This document shows, piece after piece, positions 17,620 to 26,278 of a DNA stretch of 64,000 nt (position 1 is its first letter; each line of letters begins with the position of its first letter). Source of the DNA: an uncultured Spirochaetales bacterium. Its GTDB lineage: Bacteria > Spirochaetota > Spirochaetia > Sphaerochaetales > Sphaerochaetaceae. The position numbers and the translations under genes are program-made. The stretch is from positions 1,979-65,978 of the forward strand of contig CASEKE010000010.1 of NCBI GenBank assembly GCA_949288415.1. Direction: 5' to 3'. The notes beneath the pieces were generated by a model. It saw only the letters and a program-made list of their open reading frames with translations. It was not told the DNA's origin and searched no databases.

Positions 17620-17648
17620 TTTATACAAGTATTACGGACTTTGGTCAA
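17620..17648 (-). promoter_or_regulatory. Sigma-70 promoter for tRNA-Tyr
   Basis: On minus: TTGACC, 17 nt, TATAAA. The -10 element ends 16 nt before the mature tRNA 5' end. Confidence 0.6.
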
Positions 17649-17783
17649 CTAGTCGAAAGAAAAAAATTTTGTATTGGAAAACAAGTGGAAAAAATTATTA
17701 TCACGCATCAAAAAATGCGGATTTCCCATCGCCGAAGAAAAAGACTGATCCTGACTTTTCCACCCGCTTCGGCCGAAATGAGC

Positions 17784-17809
17784 AAAAAAATCCTGCCGCG
17801 AGGCAGGAT
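17784..17809 (-). terminator. Rho-independent terminator after coaD
   Basis: On minus: ATCCTGCC, loop TCGC, GGCAGGAT, then T-run. About 27 nt downstream of the coaD stop. Confidence 0.8.
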
Positions 17810-17836
17810 ATGAATCCGAGCAAGGACAAAAGTTTC

Positions 17837-18325
17837 TCAAACCTTGCGCTCGACCTTCCTTTCGAGCATCCTTGCTACGTGCGGTTCGACCATCCCGGAT
17901 ATGTCTGCACCGAAAGCGGCCATCTCCTTTATCTGGCTGCTGCGTATGAGGAAATACTTCGGATCGGTGGGAATGAACAGGACCTCGACCTCTGGTCTCA
18001 TCATCTTGTTGGTCATGGCAAGTTCGAATTCGTATGAGAAGTCGGCAAGAGCCCTTACCCCACGGACCATCACGCTTACTCCGTTTTCCTTCGCGAAATC
18101 GACCATAAGCCCCGGATAGGATACGACCTCGATGTTCTCGAAGTCTTTCAGCGAGGTTCTTAGCATCTCCATTCTTTCCTCGGTGGAAAAGAGGTAGTGC
18201 TTCGCGATGTTCGCGGCGACGACGACAAAGAGCTTGTCGAACTGCTGTGCAGTCCTGCGTATGATATCCATGTGCCCGACCGTAGGCGGATCGAACGAAC
18301 CTGGAAGCATCGCTATTCTCTTCAT
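17837..18325 (-). CDS. coaD: Phosphopantetheine adenylyltransferase
   Basis: N-terminal GSFDPPTVGHMDII nucleotidyltransferase motif. 162 aa. Confidence 0.93.
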   Translation of the reverse strand: MKRIAMLPGSFDPPTVGHMDIIRRTAQQFDKLFVVVAANIAKHYLFSTEERMEMLRTSLKDFENIEVVSYPGLMVDFAKENGVSVMVRGVRALADFSYEFELAMTNKMMRPEVEVLFIPTDPKYFLIRSSQIKEMAAFGADISGMVEPHVARMLERKVERKV

Positions 18326-18326
18326 A

Positions 18327-18842
18327 CTACTCCTTCTCTCCGCCCGTCTTTAGGCTGTCGACATAGTCCTTTAGATGCTGGTTGTTCTTCTGGTCCTCGA
18401 CGGCGATTGTCTTGACTATTCTGTATTTTCCGTTCTCGTCCTTCTCCACGACCGCGAAATTTCCGCGTCCAACATAGCTTATGCTCTGGTTCTCGCCGAG
18501 AATCTCGGAATTCCTGACCTGCTCCAGCACGCAATCGAAGTGTACGCTCTCGCCGTTCGCATTGAAGAAACTCAACGCGATGTTCTCGATCTCCTTGCCG
18601 CAGATCGGACAGACGGGTCTTGGCTCGGCGACGGTGCGGACAGGCGCGACCGGAATCTGGGAATGGAAGCTGCGGCTCTTAGGAATGCCGGCAACCTGCG
18701 TCAGGGTAGAGAATCCCTCGAGTCCGCCTTTGTCCTTCTTCTTCTTTCTGGAACGGCCGTCCCCCTGGCTGCGGGGTTTGGCATTGCGCTTTGCAGACTG
18801 CTGCGTCTGGCCGTTCTCCTTGTGGTTCTTCTTCATATGCAT
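18327..18842 (-). CDS. Hypothetical protein with basic N-terminus and CPIC...FDC motif
   Basis: 171 aa (or 169 from the ATG at 18836). Lys/Arg-rich first 45 residues. Its stop is 1 nt from the coaD start, so it is probably co-transcribed. Confidence 0.65.
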   Translation of the reverse strand: MHMKKNHKENGQTQQSAKRNAKPRSQGDGRSRKKKKDKGGLEGFSTLTQVAGIPKSRSFHSQIPVAPVRTVAEPRPVCPICGKEIENIALSFFNANGESVHFDCVLEQVRNSEILGENQSISYVGRGNFAVVEKDENGKYRIVKTIAVEDQKNNQHLKDYVDSLKTGGEKE

Positions 18843-18887
18843 CAGGATAATTCAATTGGACCATGGTTGCAAGACACGTCGAGACAC

Positions 18888-18915
18888 AAAAAAGGAGCCT
18901 GACGATGCAGGCTCC
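18888..18915 (-). terminator. Rho-independent terminator after rplS
   Basis: On minus: GGAGCCTG, loop CATCGT, CAGGCTCC, then T6. 13 nt downstream of the rplS stop. Confidence 0.8.
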
Positions 18916-18928
18916 GTCTTCGATACGC

Positions 18929-19285
18929 TCAGGCGTTCTTCTTCTCGATGAGTTCCTTGACCTTTGCAGCCTTTCCGACTCTGTCTCTGAGGTAGTAGAG
19001 CTTTGCTCTTCTGACCTTTCCTCTTCTGACAACCTCGATCTTCTCGATTCTCGGGCTGTGAAGCGGGAAAATCCTCTCTACGCCGACACCATAGCTGATC
19101 TTCCTGACAACGAAGGTCCTTCTCACGCCGCCGTTGTTCTTGGCGATGACGATGCCCTCGAAAACCTGGATTCTTTCAGTCGTGCCTTCGACGATCTTGA
19201 AATAAACCTTGATTGTATCTCCAACGCAGAAGTTCTCTGCATTCTCCTTGATCTGCTTTGCTTCAATTGCCTTGATAATGTCCAT
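18929..19285 (-). CDS. rplS: 50S ribosomal protein L19
   Basis: 118 aa. Conserved GDTIKV...FEG.VIA..N.G..RTF.VRK..YGVGVER.FP.HSP block. Confidence 0.97.
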   Translation of the reverse strand: MDIIKAIEAKQIKENAENFCVGDTIKVYFKIVEGTTERIQVFEGIVIAKNNGGVRRTFVVRKISYGVGVERIFPLHSPRIEKIEVVRRGKVRRAKLYYLRDRVGKAAKVKELIEKKNA

Positions 19286-20024
19286 CTTTCAAGTCCTTTT
19301 CTTTTTTTTCGTCTATGATCTTTATCAATTTTTTTCGCATCCTGGTGCTGAGAGAGGCACCAGTCAGCAGGTCTGGCCGGACGAGCATCGTTTTTTCCAG
19401 CCGGCGGTCATCGCGCCACTCGGAAATATGGCTGTGATGACCCGATAATAATACATCAGGAACGCAAGAAGAGCAATACCTTGCGGGCCTAGTGTACTGC
19501 GGATATTCGAGCAATGAAGAGGAAAAGCTTTCATCTTCAAGACTCTCGGAAGCGATGACTCCGTCTACAAGACGGAATACCGCATCTATTATGACCTGGC
19601 TCGAGGTCTCGCCGCTCGTAAGAACGTAGTCCCCGATGCTGATCTCATCATCGACGTAAAGGTCGATCACCCTCTGGTCGAGCCCCTCGTAATGACCGCA
19701 GATGAAAACGAGATCACTCTCCTTCGAAAGCTCCTCCGCCTTCCTCTGTGTGAAAAGCTCACCCGAGGGAGTAGCGAAGACGACCCTTTTGGACGCGGCT
19801 CCGACGCTTTCGAGCGCTCGGGCTAGAGGACCGGGCTGGATAACCATCCCGGCACCTCCGCCGTAAGGTATGTCGTCAACTCTGTTGTAGTTTCCCTCCG
19901 AGAAAACCCGGAAGTCGACGATCTCATAGCTGATGATTCCTTTCTCGACAGCCCTCTTCATTATGGAGGACTCGAAAAAAGGTCTCACCATCTCAGGAAA
20001 GAGTGTGAGAACGGTAATGTTCAT
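19263..20024 (-). CDS. trmD: tRNA (guanine37-N1)-methyltransferase
   Basis: [12 protein letters not shown] start, [11 protein letters not shown] and CGHYEG.DQRV motifs. Sits in the rimM-trmD-rplS order. Confidence 0.96.
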   Translation of the reverse strand: MNITVLTLFPEMVRPFFESSIMKRAVEKGIISYEIVDFRVFSEGNYNRVDDIPYGGGAGMVIQPGPLARALESVGAASKRVVFATPSGELFTQRKAEELSKESDLVFICGHYEGLDQRVIDLYVDDEISIGDYVLTSGETSSQVIIDAVFRLVDGVIASESLEDESFSSSLLEYPQYTRPARYCSSCVPDVLLSGHHSHISEWRDDRRLEKTMLVRPDLLTGASLSTRMRKKLIKIIDEKKEKDLKDGHYQGN

Positions 20025-20539
20025 GCCTCGGCAAGTTCCTTCATCATGAGAATCATCGTGTTTGCAGCAAAATCTATGTCCCCGACGAACGGCTTCATGT
20101 ACGGCACGAGAAATATGCGCCCATTGCCGTCATCAACCTGAAGAAGCAGGCTCTGCGCACCCTCGCTGACCGAGACGATCTTGCCGACGCTTGTACCGTC
20201 CTCAAGGATCATATCGAGACCGAAAAGGTCCGCCACATAGAATTCGCCCTCTTCCAGGGCAGGGGCCCTGTCCCGCGTGACATACATCACGCCGCCGGAG
20301 AGAAACTTTGCCTTCTCCGGACTTTCATAGCCCTTGAATCGCATCATGAAGCTTCCGGCACGTTCGGCGACGTCTTCTATCTCGACATCCAGATGCCGGC
20401 CGTCCTTTGTCCGGATCTTCGCCTTGTCCAGGTCTGCAAGATGATCGTACTCGCCCGAAAGCGATTCGACTCTCACAAACCCGTCCAAGCCATGTGTCCG
20501 GCCGATCCGCGCTGTTGCAAGAAGCGACCTTGAAGCCAT
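20021..20539 (-). CDS. rimM: 16S rRNA processing protein RimM
   Basis: 172 aa with RimM N-terminal (GRTHGLDGFVRV) and PRC-barrel regions. Conserved synteny. Confidence 0.9.
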   Translation of the reverse strand: MASRSLLATARIGRTHGLDGFVRVESLSGEYDHLADLDKAKIRTKDGRHLDVEIEDVAERAGSFMMRFKGYESPEKAKFLSGGVMYVTRDRAPALEEGEFYVADLFGLDMILEDGTSVGKIVSVSEGAQSLLLQVDDGNGRIFLVPYMKPFVGDIDFAANTMILMMKELAEA

Positions 20540-20790
20540 CAGTCCAGAATCTCCAGGCTGGCACGCCTGCCGTCCTTGGTCGCGCTGGCGGACAGGATAG
20601 TCCTGATTGCCTTCGCGATGCGGCCCTGCTTGCCTATGACCTTGCCGATGTCATCCTTGGAGACATGGAGCTCGAGTACCACGGACTTCTCGCCCTCGAC
20701 CACGTTCACCATGACCTCGTCCGGCTCGTCGACAAGACTCTTCACCATGAATTCTACAAGTTCCTTCTCCATAAAGCCTCCCTCGGACAT
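20539..20790 (-). CDS. KH-domain RNA-binding protein (YlqC-like)
   Basis: 83 aa with a [18 protein letters not shown] motif. Lies between rpsP and rimM, as in many bacteria. Confidence 0.9.
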   Translation of the reverse strand: MSEGGFMEKELVEFMVKSLVDEPDEVMVNVVEGEKSVVLELHVSKDDIGKVIGKQGRIAKAIRTILSASATKDGRRASLEILD

Positions 20791-21050
20791 TAGTCCTGGG
20801 TACGACTTAGAGAGATTCCCTGAGAATTAAGAATATCTTTGACAGACGGGGATACGACAACTCCCTTCTTGATCCATTCCTTACACTTCTCGACATCGAG
20901 CTTGATCTGGTTCTCAGCCTCGATCGGGGCATAGGTACCGACTTCGTCGATTGTCTTGCCGGATGTCGCAGTGCGGCTGTCCTGGACAACCACCCTGTAG
21001 TAAGGTCTCTTCTTGGTGCCGAAGCGCTTGAGTCTCATTGTTGTGCTCAC
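20790..21050 (-). CDS. rpsP: 30S ribosomal protein S16
   Basis: 86 aa. [18 protein letters not shown] signature near the N-terminus. Confidence 0.96.
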   Translation of the reverse strand: MSTTMRLKRFGTKKRPYYRVVVQDSRTATSGKTIDEVGTYAPIEAENQIKLDVEKCKEWIKKGVVVSPSVKDILNSQGISLSRTQD

Positions 21051-21081
21051 TTTGGTATTCTCCTTATACTACATGAAGTCC

Positions 21082-22416
21082 TTACATGCCCATCATCTTG
21101 AGCATCTGGGACTGGTATTTCTTGTTTGTCGCAAGCTTCTTCATCATCAGCTTGCTCTTCTCGAACTGCTTGAGAAGGCGGTTGACCTCAGCCACGCTTG
21201 TGCCGCTGCCTTTCGCTATCCTCTTCCTTCTCGAAGGACCGACGATTCTGTAGTTCTGTCTTTCGAAGCGCGTCATGCTTCGTATGATCGCCTTCTGTAC
21301 CTCGAGGGCATGCATGTCTATGTCGTCCTCGCTGACGTTTCCCTTGGCGCCAGGAATCATCTCTATCAGCTTGTCGACGGAACCCATCTTGTTCATCTTC
21401 TCGAGCTGGTCGAGATAGTCGTCGAGGTCGAAGGTGTTCTTCTCGATCTTGCGCTGTAGCTTCTCCGCCTCATCCTTGTCGTACTGCTCCTGCGCCTTCT
21501 CGACTAGGGATACGACATCGCCCATGCCGAGGATCCTGCTGGCGATACGGTCCGGATGGAATACCTCGAGGTCCTCCATCTTCTCGCCGGTTCCTATGAA
21601 TTTTATCGGTTTTCCGACGACGCTCCTGAGGGAAAGTGCCGCACCGCCTCTCGTATCGGAATCGAACTTCGTCAGTATGACGCCGGAGATTCCTACCTTC
21701 TCCTCGAACTCCTTTGCGATCTCGACCGCCTGCTGTCCTGTCATGGCGTCGGCGACAAAAAGCGTCTCGTCCGGATCGACCGCTTTCGCGATAGCCTGGA
21801 TCTCCTTCATCAACGTCTCGTCGAGATGCATGCGCCCGGAAGTATCTATGATGACTGTATCGACAAGATCGTGTCTGGCTCTGGAAACGGCCTGAGTCGC
21901 GACCTTTACGGGATCCTTCTCGCCGGGAACAGTGAAAACAGGAACGCCGACCTTTTCGCCAAGCACCTGAAGCTGGTTTATTGCCGCAGGACGGACAAGG
22001 TCAGCCGCTACAAGCATCACGTTCCTGCCTTCCTTCTTGAGACGATAGGCAAGCTTGTGTGCTGCGGTGGTCTTTCCAGATCCCTGAAGGCCCATCATCA
22101 GGATTACGCTGGTGGTGTCCTTGCCCTTGAGATTCAGGCTGTTTCCCCTCTCGTCGCCGAGAAGAGCGACCATCTTGTCGTATACGATCTTCGTGAACTG
22201 TTGTCCGGGATCGACGGCCTTGAGAACCTTCTCGCCCAGCGCCTCCTCCATGGTGGAGTTGATGAAACGGCGGACTACTCGCAGGTTGACATCGGCGTCA
22301 AGCAACGCAGTCTTGATCTCCTCGACTGCGTCCTGTATGTTTTTCTCACTTATCTTGCCCTTCCCGGAAAGCGTGCGCATCACCGAGGAGAACCTGCTGC
22401 TTATGCTATCGAACAT
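21082..22416 (-). CDS. ffh: Signal recognition particle protein Ffh
   Basis: NG domain motifs (GLQGSGKTTT, DTSGR, TKFD) and a Met-rich M domain. 444 aa. Confidence 0.97.
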   Translation of the reverse strand: MFDSISSRFSSVMRTLSGKGKISEKNIQDAVEEIKTALLDADVNLRVVRRFINSTMEEALGEKVLKAVDPGQQFTKIVYDKMVALLGDERGNSLNLKGKDTTSVILMMGLQGSGKTTAAHKLAYRLKKEGRNVMLVAADLVRPAAINQLQVLGEKVGVPVFTVPGEKDPVKVATQAVSRARHDLVDTVIIDTSGRMHLDETLMKEIQAIAKAVDPDETLFVADAMTGQQAVEIAKEFEEKVGISGVILTKFDSDTRGGAALSLRSVVGKPIKFIGTGEKMEDLEVFHPDRIASRILGMGDVVSLVEKAQEQYDKDEAEKLQRKIEKNTFDLDDYLDQLEKMNKMGSVDKLIEMIPGAKGNVSEDDIDMHALEVQKAIIRSMTRFERQNYRIVGPSRRKRIAKGSGTSVAEVNRLLKQFEKSKLMMKKLATNKKYQSQMLKMMGM

Positions 22417-22489
22417 CTTCTGCTACCTGTATCGTAATGACAACATTCTTACAATACGGGAAAAGGCAATGTTAGTCAATGTACTTACC

Positions 22490-25294
22490 CTATTCAATCT
22501 CGACAAGTTTCTCGTTTTCATCGAGTATAACAGGCTCGCCCTTGACGCTCCTGATCTTGTAGCTGACGGTTGTCGAAACTCCCGCTTCCATCTGCGTCAC
22601 ACCGAGCAGACTCTCCGATGCGGTCACGGTATGCTTGTTGTGCGTGATGATGATGAACTGGCTTGTCTTCGAGAAATCCTCGAGGACAGAGAGAAAGTAG
22701 CCGATGTTCCTGTCGTCCAGCGCCGCATCGATCTCGTCCAGTATGCAGAACGGGGACGGCTTCACCATGTATGTCGCAAAAAGCAGTGCTACCGCAGTCA
22801 TGCTTCTCTCTCCGCCTGAAAGGAGATTCAGGCTCGATGGCTTCTTTCCTGGCGGCTGGGCTGTTATCTCGATGCCGGAAGTCAGTATCTCGTCCTCGTT
22901 CTCGAGCGAGATATGCGCGTTTCCACCGCCGAAAAGGCGCTTGAACATATCCTGGAAGTTCGCACTGATCTGCTTGTATGTGTCCAGAAAGAGCTTCTCG
23001 CTCTGGCTCTGGATTTCTGCAAGGACCTTCTCGAGATCGTTTTTCGCCTTGTAGAGGTCGTTCAGTTGCTTGTCGTAGAACTGGTAGTTCTTCTCCGCCT
23101 CGGAGAACTCCTCCTCGGCCATGTAGTTTATGTTGCCGAACGATGCCTTCTTCTTCTGTATGTCTCGCAGCTCGTTCTCTATGAGCATCTGCTCCTGCTC
23201 CTCGTCGAACCGTTCCTTGAACTCGTTCAGCGGCCGTGAATACGTCTGGAAAAAGGTCTCGTATATCTGCTGCACGGAATCGTCCGTGTTGCTTATCCAA
23301 AGCTTCTCGCTCTCGATGTCCCTGTCGGCATTCAGGATGTCCATCTGGAGCTTCTCCTTTTCGTTGCGCTTTCTGGAAAGCTCCCTCTGGAGATCGGACA
23401 GGCTCCTGTCCATCTCGTCCGCCTCATCCTGGGTGTTCTTCAGTTCTATCTGGAAACTGCGGATCTCGTTGTCCTTGTCTGCAATGTCCTTGTTTGCGGA
23501 ATTGAGTTGGTTGCGATATGCCTCGGCTATGACGATGCTGTCCTCATACTCGTAGCTGCGCTCCTCTATGTTTTTCTGCAGGGAGGCGATCATTATCCGT
23601 CTGTTGGCGACGTCGCTTGCGATCTTTGCCTCCTCGACCTGGATTGCGGAAACGGTCTCCTTGAGCGCGAGGATGTCGGAATTGAGACCTTCGTTGGCCG
23701 CTCTCGTCCTTACGATGAAGTCCTTGGCAGCCTCGAGTTCGACCCTTGCCGCCTTCTCACGCTGCTCGATGCTTCTCTTGCGGCTCATTACTCCTTCGGG
23801 AGAAAGAAGAAGGTCGACGACGGGAGGGATGCTGTCCCTATACTCCGCAAAAAGCTTAGATATCTCCTCGATGAGGGAGAGCATGGAGGAAAAATCCTCC
23901 TTGGCGATGCTTTTGGCGATCGTATCCCCGCTGAGGCTGTCGATGTATGCGAGACGTTCGGAGAGTTTGTCCCGTCCTGAAGAAAGCTTTCTGAGGACCA
24001 TCGTCTCTGCCTTGCTCTTGCGCTCGACCGAGTATTCTCCGCTGGTGTTCTCGTCGACTTCGCTTATGAGAAGATCTATGACTTTCTTGAGTTCCTCGGA
24101 AAGCTCGACAAGCTCGGTATCCAGTTCCTCGCTGCGTTTCTCCTTCTCCTTTATCTCCTCTTCGTTGCGCTTTATTATCCCACTCGTCTGGTCCTGCATC
24201 TTCAAAGCAACGGCAATCTGGTTCTTCTTCTCGGCAAGGAGCTCCTCGTCCCTGTCGTTCTGGTCCTTCTGCTCCTCCAGCTGGGCCTTGTCGCGGTCTA
24301 TGCTGCTTTTTATCTGCGCTCCGCGAGCCCTTTCCTTGGACTCTTGCTCGCTGAGTTCCCTGAACCTGTTCTCGAGATATCCGATCGTCTGTCGGAGAGC
24401 GGATATCTTCTCGTTGATACTGTTCGCCTTTATCCTGAGGCGGGAGACCTCCTCTGTGCGACCCTGGATCGATTCGACTTCGTTGTCGATGTCAGACGAG
24501 AAGCTCTCCAGACGACAGGAAAGCTCGGTCTTCTTCTCGCCGAGGGCGACGATCCTCTGCTCGCGCATGCTCTTTGTCGCAAGCAGGGTCTTTATCTTTG
24601 CGATGTTGAGATCCACCTCCAGCTCGAAGGTTCTCTTCTCGAGTTCCCTGAACGCCCTTGCCTTCTCGGCCTGGCTTCTGGTGCGGTCGTAGGTCCTCTT
24701 GGCTTCCCGCATGTAGTTCTCGCTTATGACAATGTTCTCGTTCGTCCGCTCGATCTTGTTCTGGGCCTCGTTGCATTCGACCTTGAAACGGCTGATTCCG
24801 GCCGCTTCCTCGAAGATCGATCTTCTGTCCTCGGGCTTCATCGAAATGATCTGGTCGATCTTACCCTGCTCGAGGATGCTGTAGGCGCTCTTTCCTACGC
24901 CGGTGTCCAGAAAAAGATCCTTGATGTCGCGCAGTCGGCACTTTTCGCGGTTGATGAAGTACTCGTTTCCGCCTGCTCTGTATATCCTTCTCTTGACCTC
25001 TATCTCCGCGGCCGGATGCCTGAGGAATCCGTTCTCGTTGTCTATGACGAGAGTGACTTCGCAGAACGGCATGGGTTTTCTCTTGTCGTTGCCGTTGAAG
25101 ATGACATCCTCCATCCTGCTTGCGCGTAGAGTCTTGGTCCCCTGTTCGCCGAGAACCCATTTGATTGAATCTACTATGTTGCTCTTGCCGCATCCGTTCG
25201 GCCCGAGAAGGGTCGTGATTCCCGCGGCGAAATCTATGTGCGTCCTGTCGGCGAAGGATTTGAAGCCGTACAGGTCCAAGGTCTTAAGAAACAA
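22490..25294 (-). CDS. smc: SMC-family chromosome segregation ATPase (short form)
   Basis: N-terminal Walker A GPNGCGKSN, long coiled coils, C-terminal signature LSGGERS and Walker B ILDEIDAALD. 934 aa. Confidence 0.88.
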   Translation of the reverse strand: MFLKTLDLYGFKSFADRTHIDFAAGITTLLGPNGCGKSNIVDSIKWVLGEQGTKTLRASRMEDVIFNGNDKRKPMPFCEVTLVIDNENGFLRHPAAEIEVKRRIYRAGGNEYFINREKCRLRDIKDLFLDTGVGKSAYSILEQGKIDQIISMKPEDRRSIFEEAAGISRFKVECNEAQNKIERTNENIVISENYMREAKRTYDRTRSQAEKARAFRELEKRTFELEVDLNIAKIKTLLATKSMREQRIVALGEKKTELSCRLESFSSDIDNEVESIQGRTEEVSRLRIKANSINEKISALRQTIGYLENRFRELSEQESKERARGAQIKSSIDRDKAQLEEQKDQNDRDEELLAEKKNQIAVALKMQDQTSGIIKRNEEEIKEKEKRSEELDTELVELSEELKKVIDLLISEVDENTSGEYSVERKSKAETMVLRKLSSGRDKLSERLAYIDSLSGDTIAKSIAKEDFSSMLSLIEEISKLFAEYRDSIPPVVDLLLSPEGVMSRKRSIEQREKAARVELEAAKDFIVRTRAANEGLNSDILALKETVSAIQVEEAKIASDVANRRIMIASLQKNIEERSYEYEDSIVIAEAYRNQLNSANKDIADKDNEIRSFQIELKNTQDEADEMDRSLSDLQRELSRKRNEKEKLQMDILNADRDIESEKLWISNTDDSVQQIYETFFQTYSRPLNEFKERFDEEQEQMLIENELRDIQKKKASFGNINYMAEEEFSEAEKNYQFYDKQLNDLYKAKNDLEKVLAEIQSQSEKLFLDTYKQISANFQDMFKRLFGGGNAHISLENEDEILTSGIEITAQPPGKKPSSLNLLSGGERSMTAVALLFATYMVKPSPFCILDEIDAALDDRNIGYFLSVLEDFSKTSQFIIITHNKHTVTASESLLGVTQMEAGVSTTVSYKIRSVKGEPVILDENEKLVEIE

Positions 25295-25347
25295 AAGGTA
25301 CTCCTTGAAAAAAACTGTGTTTGATTATAGCATTTTCTCGGTAGAAT

Positions 25348-25971
25348 ATGGAAGAAGAGCTTTTTCCGATTTCGGAGCAGGAATTTGAAGTGTGCATAGC
25401 AGGCTGCGACGAGGCAGGAAGAGGACCGCTGGCCGGCCCAGTGGTCGCCGCATGTGTGGTGCTTCCCCGCGATTTTCCTTTCGAGATACTGGACGATTCG
25501 AAAAAGCTCACGGAAAAGGAACGGCTCAGCGCCGAGGCCACGATAAGAAGGCTTGCCACAGCATATGCCATATCCTCAGTCAGCCACAAGACAATAGACG
25601 AGACCGACATCCTACGCTCTTCCCTTCTGGCTATGGCCAGAAGCCTCGAGAAGGTCAGACGTACGGTGAAGGTCGACCTGGTTCTTGTCGACGGGAACAG
25701 GACGTTCGATTCGGATATCCCTGTAAAGGCCATAGTCAAGGGAGATTCGAAGATTCCCGAGATAATGGCCGCAAGCATACTTGCAAAGACCGAGAGGGAC
25801 AGGCTGATGAGGCTGGCGGATAGGAAGTGGCCACAGTACGGCTATGCCGAGCACAAGGGCTACCCGACGAGGAAGCACATAGCTGCTCTGGAGGCATACG
25901 GTCCAAGCCCCATCGAAAGAAAGACTTTCCACCTGAAAAAGAAAGAAGAGGATGCTACTCCTCTTCTCTGA
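25348..25971 (+). CDS. rnhB: Ribonuclease HII
   Basis: GCDEAGRGPLAGPVVAA and DDSKKL catalytic motifs. 207 aa. Confidence 0.95.
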   Translation: MEEELFPISEQEFEVCIAGCDEAGRGPLAGPVVAACVVLPRDFPFEILDDSKKLTEKERLSAEATIRRLATAYAISSVSHKTIDETDILRSSLLAMARSLEKVRRTVKVDLVLVDGNRTFDSDIPVKAIVKGDSKIPEIMAASILAKTERDRLMRLADRKWPQYGYAEHKGYPTRKHIAALEAYGPSPIERKTFHLKKKEEDATPLL

Positions 25972-26224
25972 TTCTCCTTGCCGGAGCCTTCCTTGCATTC
26001 ACCTTGATGTAGTCCAGGGACTTCTGCAGTTCCTGTATGAACGCTCCGAGATCCTCCTGATAGACGATCACGGACTGTCTGATGTATCTTCCTTCCGTGT
26101 CCGTCGGCCTTGATTCGACGATATTGAGATAAAGATCTCCATGATAGTTTTTCTTCACATTGAAGAAATACGTTCTGTCATCCTTGACTACCTTGGATGA
26201 AAAAACTTCTCCGCGCTCTCCCAT
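25955..26224 (-). CDS. Bacterial PUR-alpha-like nucleic-acid-binding protein (DUF3276)
   Basis: The start is taken at MGERGE (26224). The pattern FSSKVVKDDRTYFFNVKKNYHGDLYLNIVES...IVYQEDL matches the PUR repeat seen in the Borrelia Pur-alpha homolog. Confidence 0.75.
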   Translation of the reverse strand: MGERGEVFSSKVVKDDRTYFFNVKKNYHGDLYLNIVESRPTDTEGRYIRQSVIVYQEDLGAFIQELQKSLDYIKVNARKAPARRIREEE

Positions 26225-26278
26225 GATAGGGCCCTCCGTTGATTGATCTATAAAGGAAAGATAGCACAAAGCGCCGAT

